A model generated the notes under the pieces. That model searched no databases and had not been told where the DNA came from. It saw nothing but the letters and a program-made list of their open reading frames with translations. From the NCBI GenBank assembly GCA_030688025.1, contig JAUYJL010000023.1, forward strand, positions 2,562-66,561: 64,000 nt of DNA. The letters are read 5' to 3'. The stretch comes from Candidatus Peregrinibacteria bacterium (GTDB lineage Bacteria > Patescibacteriota > Gracilibacteria > UBA1369 > LOWO2-01-FULL-3). Positions 21,942-30,540 of the stretch are shown here, piece after piece; position 1 is the stretch's first letter, and each line of letters starts with the position of its first letter. The translations under genes and the position numbers were made by a program.

Positions 21942-22269
21942 AAAGATTGTTTGTTATGGATTACATTTCTATAATATTCCTTTTTAAAAAAAGCGCTATT
22001 GTATTTTTCCGAAAAATATGTTATTATATATTTGCAATTGGGATATAGAACGTAAGTTTTGTATTTTAATTGCCGCACTGATCCCTTCTTATAACGCAAG
22101 TTATTTAGAAGGACATCAGCTCTCCGGTATTCTTTTGATAGGCTTAAGCGCCCTTCATTAGATACCACCAGAAATTGGATTCTCATTCTTAATAGCCTTG
22201 AGGGTCCTTTTTCTTTTGTTGTCCCAAATATCTTAGTGGAGTATATTTTAGTAAAATAATAAATTCCTT

Positions 22270-22812
22270 ATGCCATCATTAAAAAAACATATGATTAGCA
22301 CTCGTGAGCTTCATCAAAAGTTGGCTAGCGTGCAACGTGACAAGATTGATAGTTTCAAGGCAAAGATGGATGCACGAAGAAGTTTAAGCGATAAAATCGC
22401 TGACGCTTTGACCGATTCTTTTGGGACGGTTTTATTTCTGAGTATTAATGCCTTGTGGTTTGGAGTATGGATTGTCATAAATACCGGACTGATTCCTGGA
22501 ATTGCAGTTTTTGATCCGTTTCCATTTGGTTTACTTACAATGATCGTTTCCTTGGAAGCAATCTTCTTGGCGGTTATCGTTCTTATAAGCCAAAATCGTT
22601 CTGCTCGCATCGATGATTTGCGTGAAGAAATTGACCTTCAAATCAATGTACGAACCGAGGCGGAAGTCACAAAAATACTTATTATTTTAGATAGAATTCA
22701 TGATCATTTGGGGCTACCTTCCGAGGATGATGCCGAGTTGATTATGATGAAACAAAATATCGACCTAGATGCGATTGCGCAAACTTTGACGAAGGAAATG
22801 ATTGAGGAATAA
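22270..22812 (+). CDS. DUF1003 family membrane protein
   Basis: DPFPFGLLTMIVSLEAIFLAVIVLISQNRSARIDDLREEIDLQINVRTEAEV matches the DUF1003 core pattern. Confidence 0.8.
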   Translation: MPSLKKHMISTRELHQKLASVQRDKIDSFKAKMDARRSLSDKIADALTDSFGTVLFLSINALWFGVWIVINTGLIPGIAVFDPFPFGLLTMIVSLEAIFLAVIVLISQNRSARIDDLREEIDLQINVRTEAEVTKILIILDRIHDHLGLPSEDDAELIMMKQNIDLDAIAQTLTKEMIEE

Positions 22813-22874
22813 TTTGAAAATGGTGCGTAGTCGTAGAGGATGTTCGGACTGGGATTGGCGTTGGCGGCTTAGAA

Positions 22875-24284
22875 TTATCTTCTATGTTTAGCCGTCAATG
22901 ATTCTGATGCTCTTATGTACATAATTTCTTGCTGACGTGAAAATCTTTGCCAATTTGCGTTAAATTCTTCAAGTCCATATGGAAGTTTATTTCGTTGATT
23001 TAATGCGCTTTTTTCGTAAAGCTTGAAGACTTCGTTTAGACATAGTGGCACCAGATTTAACATTGCATATGGCATCCACATTCTTTGAGCATCTATTGAT
23101 GGCCTTTCTCCTCTGATTTTTATCAGCTGAACAACCATGTCCAAAATTCTTTGGCTTGCTTCATTGATAGATGTTGCATCTACCTCTTCTTGGAAATATC
23201 CTTTTAACAAGGCCTTAAAAGGATTTAATTTCTCAAATCTTCCTAGATCGTTGATTATCCAATAGGCATTTGAATGAGTGATACTGTGAGTGAATCCGAA
23301 TATTGCACTTTCGATGTCACGCGTCATTGTTAGGGCTTTTGCTTGCGGTGGGAGTGAATCAATTTCAACAGAAGAATCGAGATCGTGCAGTAAAAGATCT
23401 CTTTTGTTTGGCATTAAGCTAAAATTCCCAAGATGAGAGGCGAATCTTGCGACACCAGCTTCGTGCGCTGAACGAAGAAGTCTCCCTATGTTTTTCCCTA
23501 TGTCAGCAGTAATTTTCAACATTGGTTCTCCTAATTTTCTTTGTCTTGTATCAACTACTTCAAAACGTCTTTCTATCAGTGCTTTCATTCCCTTACCAAC
23601 TTCGAATCTACCTGATGATGTATCTGGTTCAAAATATGCACCAAGTCTTTCTGGAACATCACTTGGAATGCCCAAAATAACAAATTCCGTAGGTTCATTT
23701 TGCCATTTTATTTCAGGATAACAACCCCATGCAATTGGAAGACATGCTGAAACTCCTCCTTTGTGCAATTTTGCAGCATTTTGGAATTCACGTTGTCCTC
23801 TTCCGGAAGATAAACCTCCTTCAGGTTTTGGAGGATCAAGGACTGGGTAAAGAGTGCCATTTTCCGCTATTCCCATATGAATAAGAATTACAGGAACTTC
23901 ATCTAGAATATTTCCTCCGCTATCTATTGTTCCAAACATTTGTTGGTAGGAATCGCCTTTTGGTGGAGATATTGTGCGTGTTTTTTGGCTAAAAGTTCCT
24001 ACCCCTTTTAATTTGTATCCGTGTACAGAAGTTTCTCCAACCTTAAGAGGTGATTTTCTCTTCACATAGCCACTCCGACCTGGACTCTCGAATGGCGGAT
24101 TGTTTGCCCAAGAAGCATAATCTGTTAGAGATTCTAATTCATCTGCTGGAATTTGAATTGCACCCGCAGTTGGACCAATCTGTGATTGCAATGGAAGAGA
24201 TGGAGATTGATATCTTGCATTTTGCGCGTCAGAGACTTCAAAATAATCTCTTGGATCCGGACGATTGTTTGATTCTGTACTCAT
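22875..24284 (-). CDS. Hypothetical protein (about 469 aa), possibly an atypical kinase-like fold
   Basis: Long intact ORF. The ATG MSTESNN at 24284 is preferred over the listed GTG at 24293. Weak kinase-like strings are present (HGYKLKGVG; SHLGNFSL...LLLHDLDSS). No confident family assignment. Confidence 0.7.
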   Translation of the reverse strand: MSTESNNRPDPRDYFEVSDAQNARYQSPSLPLQSQIGPTAGAIQIPADELESLTDYASWANNPPFESPGRSGYVKRKSPLKVGETSVHGYKLKGVGTFSQKTRTISPPKGDSYQQMFGTIDSGGNILDEVPVILIHMGIAENGTLYPVLDPPKPEGGLSSGRGQREFQNAAKLHKGGVSACLPIAWGCYPEIKWQNEPTEFVILGIPSDVPERLGAYFEPDTSSGRFEVGKGMKALIERRFEVVDTRQRKLGEPMLKITADIGKNIGRLLRSAHEAGVARFASHLGNFSLMPNKRDLLLHDLDSSVEIDSLPPQAKALTMTRDIESAIFGFTHSITHSNAYWIINDLGRFEKLNPFKALLKGYFQEEVDATSINEASQRILDMVVQLIKIRGERPSIDAQRMWMPYAMLNLVPLCLNEVFKLYEKSALNQRNKLPYGLEEFNANWQRFSRQQEIMYIRASESLTAKHRR

Positions 24285-24348
24285 AAAAAGCACCTTTTAT
24301 ATTATTAGAAGGTAATTTATAGCAATATTTTGCGAACTTGTCAAGAAG

Positions 24349-24423
24349 TGGTGCCGAAGGGCAGAATCGGACTGCCTACACATGGATTTTCAATCCACTG
24401 CTCTACCAATGAGCTACTCCGGC
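24349..24423 (-). tRNA. tRNA-Phe (anticodon GAA), CCA encoded, unusual T-loop
   Basis: The minus strand folds as: acceptor GCCGGAG/CTTCGGC (one G-U), D arm GCTC-ATTGGTA-GAGC, anticodon arm GTGGA-TTGAAAA-TCCAT, variable GTGTA, T arm GGCAG-TCCGATT-CTGCC, then A and CCA. The T-loop has C where the near-universal U55 is expected. Confidence 0.85.
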
Positions 24424-24514
24424 GCAAAAGTTTTACAGGGAGATTCTAAGGGTATAGCTTTGATAAATCAATGTTTTTTGTTATAATTGATTCCTTTTTT
24501 ATATTATACGATGT

Positions 24515-25489
24515 ATGGCAATTCCTGAAGGACACATAAAAGATATGTTTGTAAGATGGGCAGACAGATATGATGCAAGGCCCGTGGACGAGAAACAATT
24601 AGAGCTGACCGATCGCATTTTGGTGCCTGAACTTGGAGCGATTGAGGCGGAACTTTTGGAATTGAGGAAAGCTTTCGATGTTAGGATTCTTCAAGCCTTA
24701 AAGGATGATCCTCCTAAATTCCCTAAAAAACTTTTGAAAGATCCTTCGATAAGAAACCATTTTACTTATCCTGTAGGATATTGTGCGGCGATAAGAGATG
24801 GTATGTTTGAGGATGTTAGTGCCCAGCTTCATTGCCCTTCTACTCCCGGGATTTCTGCGATTTCACGTTTTGTTGGAGAGGGTGGATGTTTAAAAAAAGT
24901 TGGAGGAATTCAACACCGACAGTTTTTTCAAAATGGCATACAGGCCGGAGCGCTATGGCTTGATGCCGCGAATAATACTGTTGATGTGGATTCGCCCCCT
25001 GTAAAAATTTCCGTGCTTGCCAACTCAGGTTTTCAGAATATAGATGATTTTTCTTTGTGTGGAGATGTTATTGAATCGTATTGGAAAAGTGATGTCTATC
25101 CGCAAAGAGTGTTTCCATATTTATCTCCTTTGTTCCCCATTATTTACGTTTCGTCTGGCGGAAGAGTCCATGTTTTACCTATAAATATTAGCGGAATTGC
25201 AAATAATGTATTTTCAGATTTCAAAATGGCCGAAGATTTTATGTTCAGGAGTCGTTTTGCGGGAAAACGTTTGCCTGCGAAACAAATGAATCGTATAAAA
25301 CGGAAATACCCCGGAGCCAATAAAAGCGAAAATCCTTTTGAGCATTTGAATCCTGATGACTCTGTTATTGCTGCCTCGTTTGAGTGTTTCAGAAGTCTTA
25401 ATCCCAATGAATTATTTTCTCGTGTTGAAAAGGCGATAGATCTTACAAAAGGCATTAATGATGCTTTGGAAAACATTCCGAAAATTTAA
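24515..25489 (+). CDS. Hypothetical protein (324 aa)
   Basis: Intact ORF preceded by an extended -10 like tgttataat (about 24478-24487). No recognisable motif. Confidence 0.7.
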   Translation: MAIPEGHIKDMFVRWADRYDARPVDEKQLELTDRILVPELGAIEAELLELRKAFDVRILQALKDDPPKFPKKLLKDPSIRNHFTYPVGYCAAIRDGMFEDVSAQLHCPSTPGISAISRFVGEGGCLKKVGGIQHRQFFQNGIQAGALWLDAANNTVDVDSPPVKISVLANSGFQNIDDFSLCGDVIESYWKSDVYPQRVFPYLSPLFPIIYVSSGGRVHVLPINISGIANNVFSDFKMAEDFMFRSRFAGKRLPAKQMNRIKRKYPGANKSENPFEHLNPDDSVIAASFECFRSLNPNELFSRVEKAIDLTKGINDALENIPKI

Positions 25490-25525
25490 TTATATTTTAC
25501 AATTATTGCGTGGTAGAATGCTCGC

Positions 25526-26620
25526 ATGATTGATAAATATAAACTTAAAAAACTTGCTGATATTGTTGTAAATTATTCGATTTCTTTGAAAAAAGGCGAA
25601 AGGATTTTGCTGAGAGGATACGGATTTGAGAGTTATCCCCTGCTGAAAGAAATTTATGAAGAATGTGTGAAGGCCGGTGCAATTCAAATCGATGTTCGTT
25701 TTTCGAATGATGAACTTAGCAAAATATTTTTCAAACATGCAGACACAAATCAGCTCAAACACTTGAGCGATTTGGATAAACAAGTTGCAGATAGTTATGA
25801 TGCGATGATTCAAATTCTTGCGGATACAAATCCTTATGAGATGAAAGAAGTTGATTTCGCGAAGCTTAATATAAGCCAAGAAGCGCGAAAACCTTTGAGC
25901 GATATTTTGCATAAAAAAAGATGGTGTCTGCTTGCATATCCAAACAACGCATCCGCAATAATGGCTAGCAGAAGCCTAGAAGAGTGGGAAGATTTTATTT
26001 TGGATAGTTGTTTACTTGATTGGGAAAAAGAAGAAAAATTACAGCTAAAATTTGTGGATCTGATGACTAAAGTTAAAAAAATAAGAATCGTAGGAGATGA
26101 AACTGATTTGGAAGTTTCTGTTGCAGGGCAAACATGGGTCACTTGTTGTGGAAAATGTAATCTTCCGGATGGTGAAATTTTCACTTCTCCGATCCGTGAT
26201 TCTGTTAATGGATATATTAAATATAACGTACCTACTCATCATCAATCACATGATTTTAATTGGGTAAAACTTACATTAAAAGATGGAAAAGTTGTCGGAG
26301 AGGAGTCGGATCACAAGATTGCCTTAACAAAACTTCTTGATACAGACAAAGGGTCCAGATATTTCGGGGAATTCGCTTTTGGGCTTAACGATCAAATAAA
26401 AACATGGACGCGTCAAATCCTTTTTGATGAAAAAATGGGCAAGAGTTTGCACATGGCTTTAGGTAAATGTTATGATGAGTGCCCAAATGGAAATGATTCT
26501 AGCGTGCATTGGGATTTGATTTTTAATTTCAAATGGGCGAACGCAGAAATATATTTTGACGGCAAAAAGGTCTACTCAAAGACAAAATGGTGTGATAAAA
26601 AATTTGATTTCTTAAATTAA
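25526..26620 (+). CDS. Aminopeptidase, M29 (AmpS/PepS) family
   Basis: KLADIVVNYSISLKKGERILLRG N terminus, ...GEIFTSP..., and RYFGEFAFGLN, typical of M29 thermophilic-type aminopeptidases. Confidence 0.85.
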   Translation: MIDKYKLKKLADIVVNYSISLKKGERILLRGYGFESYPLLKEIYEECVKAGAIQIDVRFSNDELSKIFFKHADTNQLKHLSDLDKQVADSYDAMIQILADTNPYEMKEVDFAKLNISQEARKPLSDILHKKRWCLLAYPNNASAIMASRSLEEWEDFILDSCLLDWEKEEKLQLKFVDLMTKVKKIRIVGDETDLEVSVAGQTWVTCCGKCNLPDGEIFTSPIRDSVNGYIKYNVPTHHQSHDFNWVKLTLKDGKVVGEESDHKIALTKLLDTDKGSRYFGEFAFGLNDQIKTWTRQILFDEKMGKSLHMALGKCYDECPNGNDSSVHWDLIFNFKWANAEIYFDGKKVYSKTKWCDKKFDFLN

Positions 26621-26635
26621 TTAATTTTAAAAAAT

Positions 26636-27382
26636 ATGAAAAAAAGTTCAAATAAATTACTTCCAGTTTCAATTCTTGTAGCTTCTGTACTTGTTTCCGG
26701 ATCTCTTTCTTTTTTCGGATACGAATATGCGAATAAAATGACTGATGATGTTTTCAACTCGAAAGTTGAAGAAGGAATCAAGGCTTTCATCGCTAAACAA
26801 CAAGCATCAGCTCAGCCTGAAGACAAGACAGGAACTGTAGTTGAAGGTGATTATACTGATGATGATGCCGTTCTTGGGGATAGTGATGCTGTTGTAACAA
26901 TGATTGAATTTTCAGATTATCAATGTCCTGTCTGCCAGAGATTTCATGCAGAAGTTTTTGGAACTCTTAAAGCAAAATATATCGATACTGGAAAAATGAA
27001 ATTTGTTTATCGAGATCTTCCTCTTACTTCAATCCATCCAAATGCTTATCCTGCTGCGCTTGCAGCTGAGTGCGTGAAAGATCAAGGTGGGGACGAGATG
27101 TATTATGTAATGCATGAAAATATTTTTGAGGCCGCACTTTCTGAAGAGATGACTGCAGAAAGCTTGAGAAAATCTGCAGGCAAATCTGGAGCAAATTTAT
27201 CCAAATTTGATTCATGTGTCGCCGCTGATAAATTCAAAGATGAAATCGCAAAGGATACTCAGGATGCCTCAGACATAGGGTTCAGAGGAACTCCTGGATT
27301 CCTTATCAATGGTTATATGATGGATGGGCTATACAGCCTTGAAGCGTATGAGCAAGCTATTGATGAGGCTTTGGCACAATAG
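26636..27382 (+). CDS. DsbA-like thioredoxin-fold protein (membrane anchored)
   Basis: N-terminal TM segment, a CPVC active site in FSDYQCPVCQRFH, and C-terminal GTPGFLING. Confidence 0.85.
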   Translation: MKKSSNKLLPVSILVASVLVSGSLSFFGYEYANKMTDDVFNSKVEEGIKAFIAKQQASAQPEDKTGTVVEGDYTDDDAVLGDSDAVVTMIEFSDYQCPVCQRFHAEVFGTLKAKYIDTGKMKFVYRDLPLTSIHPNAYPAALAAECVKDQGGDEMYYVMHENIFEAALSEEMTAESLRKSAGKSGANLSKFDSCVAADKFKDEIAKDTQDASDIGFRGTPGFLINGYMMDGLYSLEAYEQAIDEALAQ

Positions 27383-27407
27383 GGAAATAATTATACGAGA
27401 GTTATTG

Positions 27408-27450
27408 AAGCCCCGGTTTGTCGGCATTGACAAGTCGGGGCTTTTCTTTT
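27408..27450 (+). terminator. Rho-independent terminator
   Basis: Long hairpin aagccccg...cggggctt with an inner ttgtc/gacaa pairing, followed by ttctttt. Confidence 0.7.
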
Positions 27451-27484
27451 ACTATGTCTGTAGTGATTTCTAATAAATAATTAT

Positions 27485-28264
27485 ATGAAAAAAATATTTG
27501 TTGCTTTTCTGCTTTCGGCCATTGTTTTTTCTGGCTGTACAATTAAATTTGGTGTTACGAATGATACGAATGATACGAATGATACGAATGAAGAAAAGGA
27601 AATAAAAGAAGTAAAAGAAACAACTGAGGTGAAAAAGACAGAAGAAGTTAAAAGTTTTATTGATTTGATTTCTCCTCCAAATGAAACACCATTCGATTCT
27701 TCTCCAATTGTTATTCAAGGAAAAGTTTCGACAAATGCAAAAAAAATAGAGGTTAAGGCTATCGGTGGACAAAAAGGTTATTGCGATGTTCTTTGTGCCC
27801 CATATTATGAGGATATCTATACTTTAGATAGTTTTAAACCTGGGGATCAAACTTTCTCTTATGGAGCTAGATCTGACTGGAATAACCTTGCTCATGGATA
27901 TAATAACTATACTTTTACCGCTTACTTTAATGATGAAAGTACTGCAAGTGATAGCGTCACGTTGTATTATGATCCATCAAAAATTCAATATGGTGATAAC
28001 AGTTATGGGCCTATTGCTGAGGTTTCGGATGCTGTAGCCGCATTTGCTGGAATAACTGATGCTAATGCCTACATCAATGATAATTTTGACAATAAATATA
28101 TAAAAGGTGTTTTACTTAGTGGCGAAACCTCAAGGTTTTGGGCTGTTAAACAGGACTCTAATTGGAAAATTTTGGCGCTAGCAAAACCTAATGAGGAAGT
28201 AAGCTGTACTGTATTTGCACCTTATAATTTTCCTGCAGCGCTGAGCAAGGATTGCCGTAAATAG
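27485..28264 (+). CDS. Lipoprotein with N-terminal TND repeat
   Basis: MKKIFVAFLLSAIVFSGCTIK (lipobox), then (TND)x3-4 and a Lys/Glu-rich linker. Confidence 0.75.
   Translation: MKKIFVAFLLSAIVFSGCTIKFGVTNDTNDTNDTNEEKEIKEVKETTEVKKTEEVKSFIDLISPPNETPFDSSPIVIQGKVSTNAKKIEVKAIGGQKGYCDVLCAPYYEDIYTLDSFKPGDQTFSYGARSDWNNLAHGYNNYTFTAYFNDESTASDSVTLYYDPSKIQYGDNSYGPIAEVSDAVAAFAGITDANAYINDNFDNKYIKGVLLSGETSRFWAVKQDSNWKILALAKPNEEVSCTVFAPYNFPAALSKDCRK
27557..27591. repeat. 9-bp tandem repeat (acgaatgat) x3.9 inside the lipoprotein gene
   Basis: Perfect units at 27557, 27566 and 27575, plus a partial fourth. The repeat is in frame and encodes TND repeats. Confidence 0.9.
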
Positions 28265-28268
28265 TTTT

Positions 28269-28547
28269 CTATTTATACAGCATGAATTTGAATTTCACAC
28301 CATTTTCTTCTTCCTCCTTTATGAGTTGTTTGTTTGAGAATTTGGCTGGGATCTCAGGGAAATACGTGTCACATTCGTAAGAGTTTTCGATGAATGTGAT
28401 GTAAAGTCCTGTGAGATTTGGATTCTCCAATGATTCTTTGAAAAGAGTTGCGCCACCGATTATGAAGATTGTTTCTATGCCGTCCCCTGCTGAATTTATA
28501 GCTTCGTCTAGAGATTGAAAAATTTCGACTCCTTCTATTTTTAGAGA
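28269..28547 (-). pseudogene. Start-less duplicate of the 3' half of folA (dihydrofolate reductase)
   Basis: Aligns without gaps to 32129..32407 at a constant offset of 3860 nt. By hand count there are about 40 mismatches in 279 nt, with a 115-nt perfectly identical core (28309..28423). It translates in frame to ...SLKIEGVEIFQSLDEAINSAGDGIETIFIIGGATLFKESLENPNLTGLYITFIENSYECDTYFPEIPAKFSNKQLIKEEEENGVKFKFMLYK* but has no start codon or N-terminal half. Confidence 0.85.
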
Positions 28548-28551
28548 TGTA

Positions 28552-30540
28552 TTAGGCTAAATCCTTATAGTCTCCTGTGTTGCCGTCTATCTTTATTTTT
28601 GTCCCTATTTTGAGCGTTTCTTTTGTAACCCCTGTCACCACAGGCAATCCTCTTTCTCTTGCGATTATTGACAAGTGAGAAAGAAATCCTCCCTGCTCTG
28701 AGACTATGCCTTTTATTTCATCAAAGTGTTTTACCAATTCAGGAGAAAGTACTCTTGTGAATAAGATTTTATCTTTATTTTTATATTTTTCATCCTTCAG
28801 TTGATCTTCTTCAATCAATATCCCCTCAGCTTTCCCTGGCGAAACTCCTTGAGTTTCTTGTTTCTGAGTAATCTGTTTATTTGTCAGTATTTTTGGCATA
28901 TTAAAGTATGTGTATTTCTCATACTCTAATTTTCTCTCTTCACAAACATTCTGTGAAATTTTTCCACTTACTATTTCTTCCAGTTTTGCGAAATAAATTT
29001 CTTTTTTATTTTTGAAATTATTTTTTCCTGCAAGTTCAAATAAAATTTCCCTGAGTTGATTTATTCTTTTTACAACCAGCCATCTGCTCATCTCCCTGAG
29101 CTTATTATAAACCACTACTTGCTGTATTTTTTTCTTCAACATTGTCTTTTTGATTTCCGATAATTTCCCCCACCATTCTTTCATTTCATCGTTTTTATTC
29201 TCGCCTTGTATGTTTCTGACAAAATTACTTTCATCTGAAATTTCGATAGTGTTGCCTAACAAATTTTTCGAATCGATGTTTAGCTTAAAACTTTCATCAC
29301 CTTGGAATAACTGCCCTCCTTGGCTTAATAGAAGCGATAATGCTATGTCGTTTTTTGTAAGATTTTCTATGTTTTTCATTGAAATTCCGGCAAAAAGATT
29401 TATTTCAAAAACTATCTGATAATCTTTTTCAAAAACTTTTAGAAATTCCTGTACCGTGTTTATTTTTTGTTCATTTTCTATCGCGTTTTTTAGTTCCTGA
29501 AAAATTTTATTATAATCATCAATATTAATTCTATAGATGAAAAATAAATTTTTTATAGTTTTAAAAATTCCCGTGAGCCCGCTTAGTTTCGGCCTTAGAT
29601 CAGAGGATTTTAGATAACTGTACGACGGCATTAAAGTTTTTAATTCTTCTTCTCTATCAACGAAAAGTTCATTTCCTATTATTTTTAAAACATTTATTGA
29701 AGAATAATTTATGTTAAATTTTTTATATGCCAATTGAATCGGTCCATTTTCTTCATACACTTTTTCGAGAATATCTTTTGTTATTTGAGTAGGTCTTGGT
29801 GCTATTTCTGAAATCTCAGTTTTCTCGTAATAGAAATCTTCTTCCGGTAATGATGCATCGAGATATAAAGATTGTTTGTATTCCGTTTCTGATATAGTTG
29901 TAATTGGCCTTGTCTGAAGGAAATACCACTTTTCGTCTTTTATGCACCACTCAACATCTTGTGGAAATTTATAAAACAACTCTATGCTTTTAAAATCCAG
30001 AAAGGCTTTATTTAGGCTTGGCAAAGTACTTTCCGTAGGATTATCAGTCCAGTATAACTTCAGTTTTTCTGGTTTAATATTTCCACTCACAAGATCTTCT
30101 CCTCGCCCTTTGTGATATTCAATAATCAGCTCTCTTCCTCCAACAGGGTTTCTTGTGAACGTCACTCCTGCGATATCTGGTTCTATGTATTCCTGAATAA
30201 GAACTGAGAATTTTTCTATTGATCCACCAAGAAATTTTCGAGCATGATCTGTTATTTCCGCTATTGCTGATGCGAGATTTTGTTCTTCTACATTTATTTT
30301 TGTTTTGAATTGGCCTGCAAAAGATTCTTTTTGGCTATCTTCTATCAATGCGCTTGATCTGACCGCATATTTTTCACAATTCAATTCTTCATGAATTTTT
30401 TTTGCAAGTGGTTCAAAATCTTCTATGTTTTCTTTTAATTCTTTGACATCAATAGCTTTGAATTTCGGGACATTTAAGCCTAGGGATATTAGATCCGATA
30501 GTTTCAATGTTTTTGCACCAATTGTTGGATTATTGTGCAT
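28552..30540 (-). CDS. PEP/pyruvate-binding plus PEP-utilizing mobile-domain protein (PpsA N-terminal / rifampin-phosphotransferase-like architecture)
   Basis: The N terminus has the PPDK_N-type ATP-grasp (GAKTLKLSDL..YAVRSSALIEDSQKESFAGQF...DVEWCIKDEKWYFLQTRPIT). The C terminus has the swivelling phosphohistidine domain (GVSPGKAEG...VSEQGGFLSHLSIIARERGLPVVTG). No TIM-barrel PEP domain is present. Confidence 0.85.
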   Translation of the reverse strand: MHNNPTIGAKTLKLSDLISLGLNVPKFKAIDVKELKENIEDFEPLAKKIHEELNCEKYAVRSSALIEDSQKESFAGQFKTKINVEEQNLASAIAEITDHARKFLGGSIEKFSVLIQEYIEPDIAGVTFTRNPVGGRELIIEYHKGRGEDLVSGNIKPEKLKLYWTDNPTESTLPSLNKAFLDFKSIELFYKFPQDVEWCIKDEKWYFLQTRPITTISETEYKQSLYLDASLPEEDFYYEKTEISEIAPRPTQITKDILEKVYEENGPIQLAYKKFNINYSSINVLKIIGNELFVDREEELKTLMPSYSYLKSSDLRPKLSGLTGIFKTIKNLFFIYRINIDDYNKIFQELKNAIENEQKINTVQEFLKVFEKDYQIVFEINLFAGISMKNIENLTKNDIALSLLLSQGGQLFQGDESFKLNIDSKNLLGNTIEISDESNFVRNIQGENKNDEMKEWWGKLSEIKKTMLKKKIQQVVVYNKLREMSRWLVVKRINQLREILFELAGKNNFKNKKEIYFAKLEEIVSGKISQNVCEERKLEYEKYTYFNMPKILTNKQITQKQETQGVSPGKAEGILIEEDQLKDEKYKNKDKILFTRVLSPELVKHFDEIKGIVSEQGGFLSHLSIIARERGLPVVTGVTKETLKIGTKIKIDGNTGDYKDLA

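Noticed and set aside
21932-22186. 84-aa ORF upstream of hpf
   Set aside because: It has an AT-rich low-complexity translation (Lys/Tyr/Asn), overlaps the hpf start and has no motif. I treated it as an intergenic artefact.
22813-22874. GC-rich 62-nt convergent spacer as a small RNA or tRNA fragment
   Set aside because: No cloverleaf arm or stable hairpin could be drawn, and it is too short and featureless to call.
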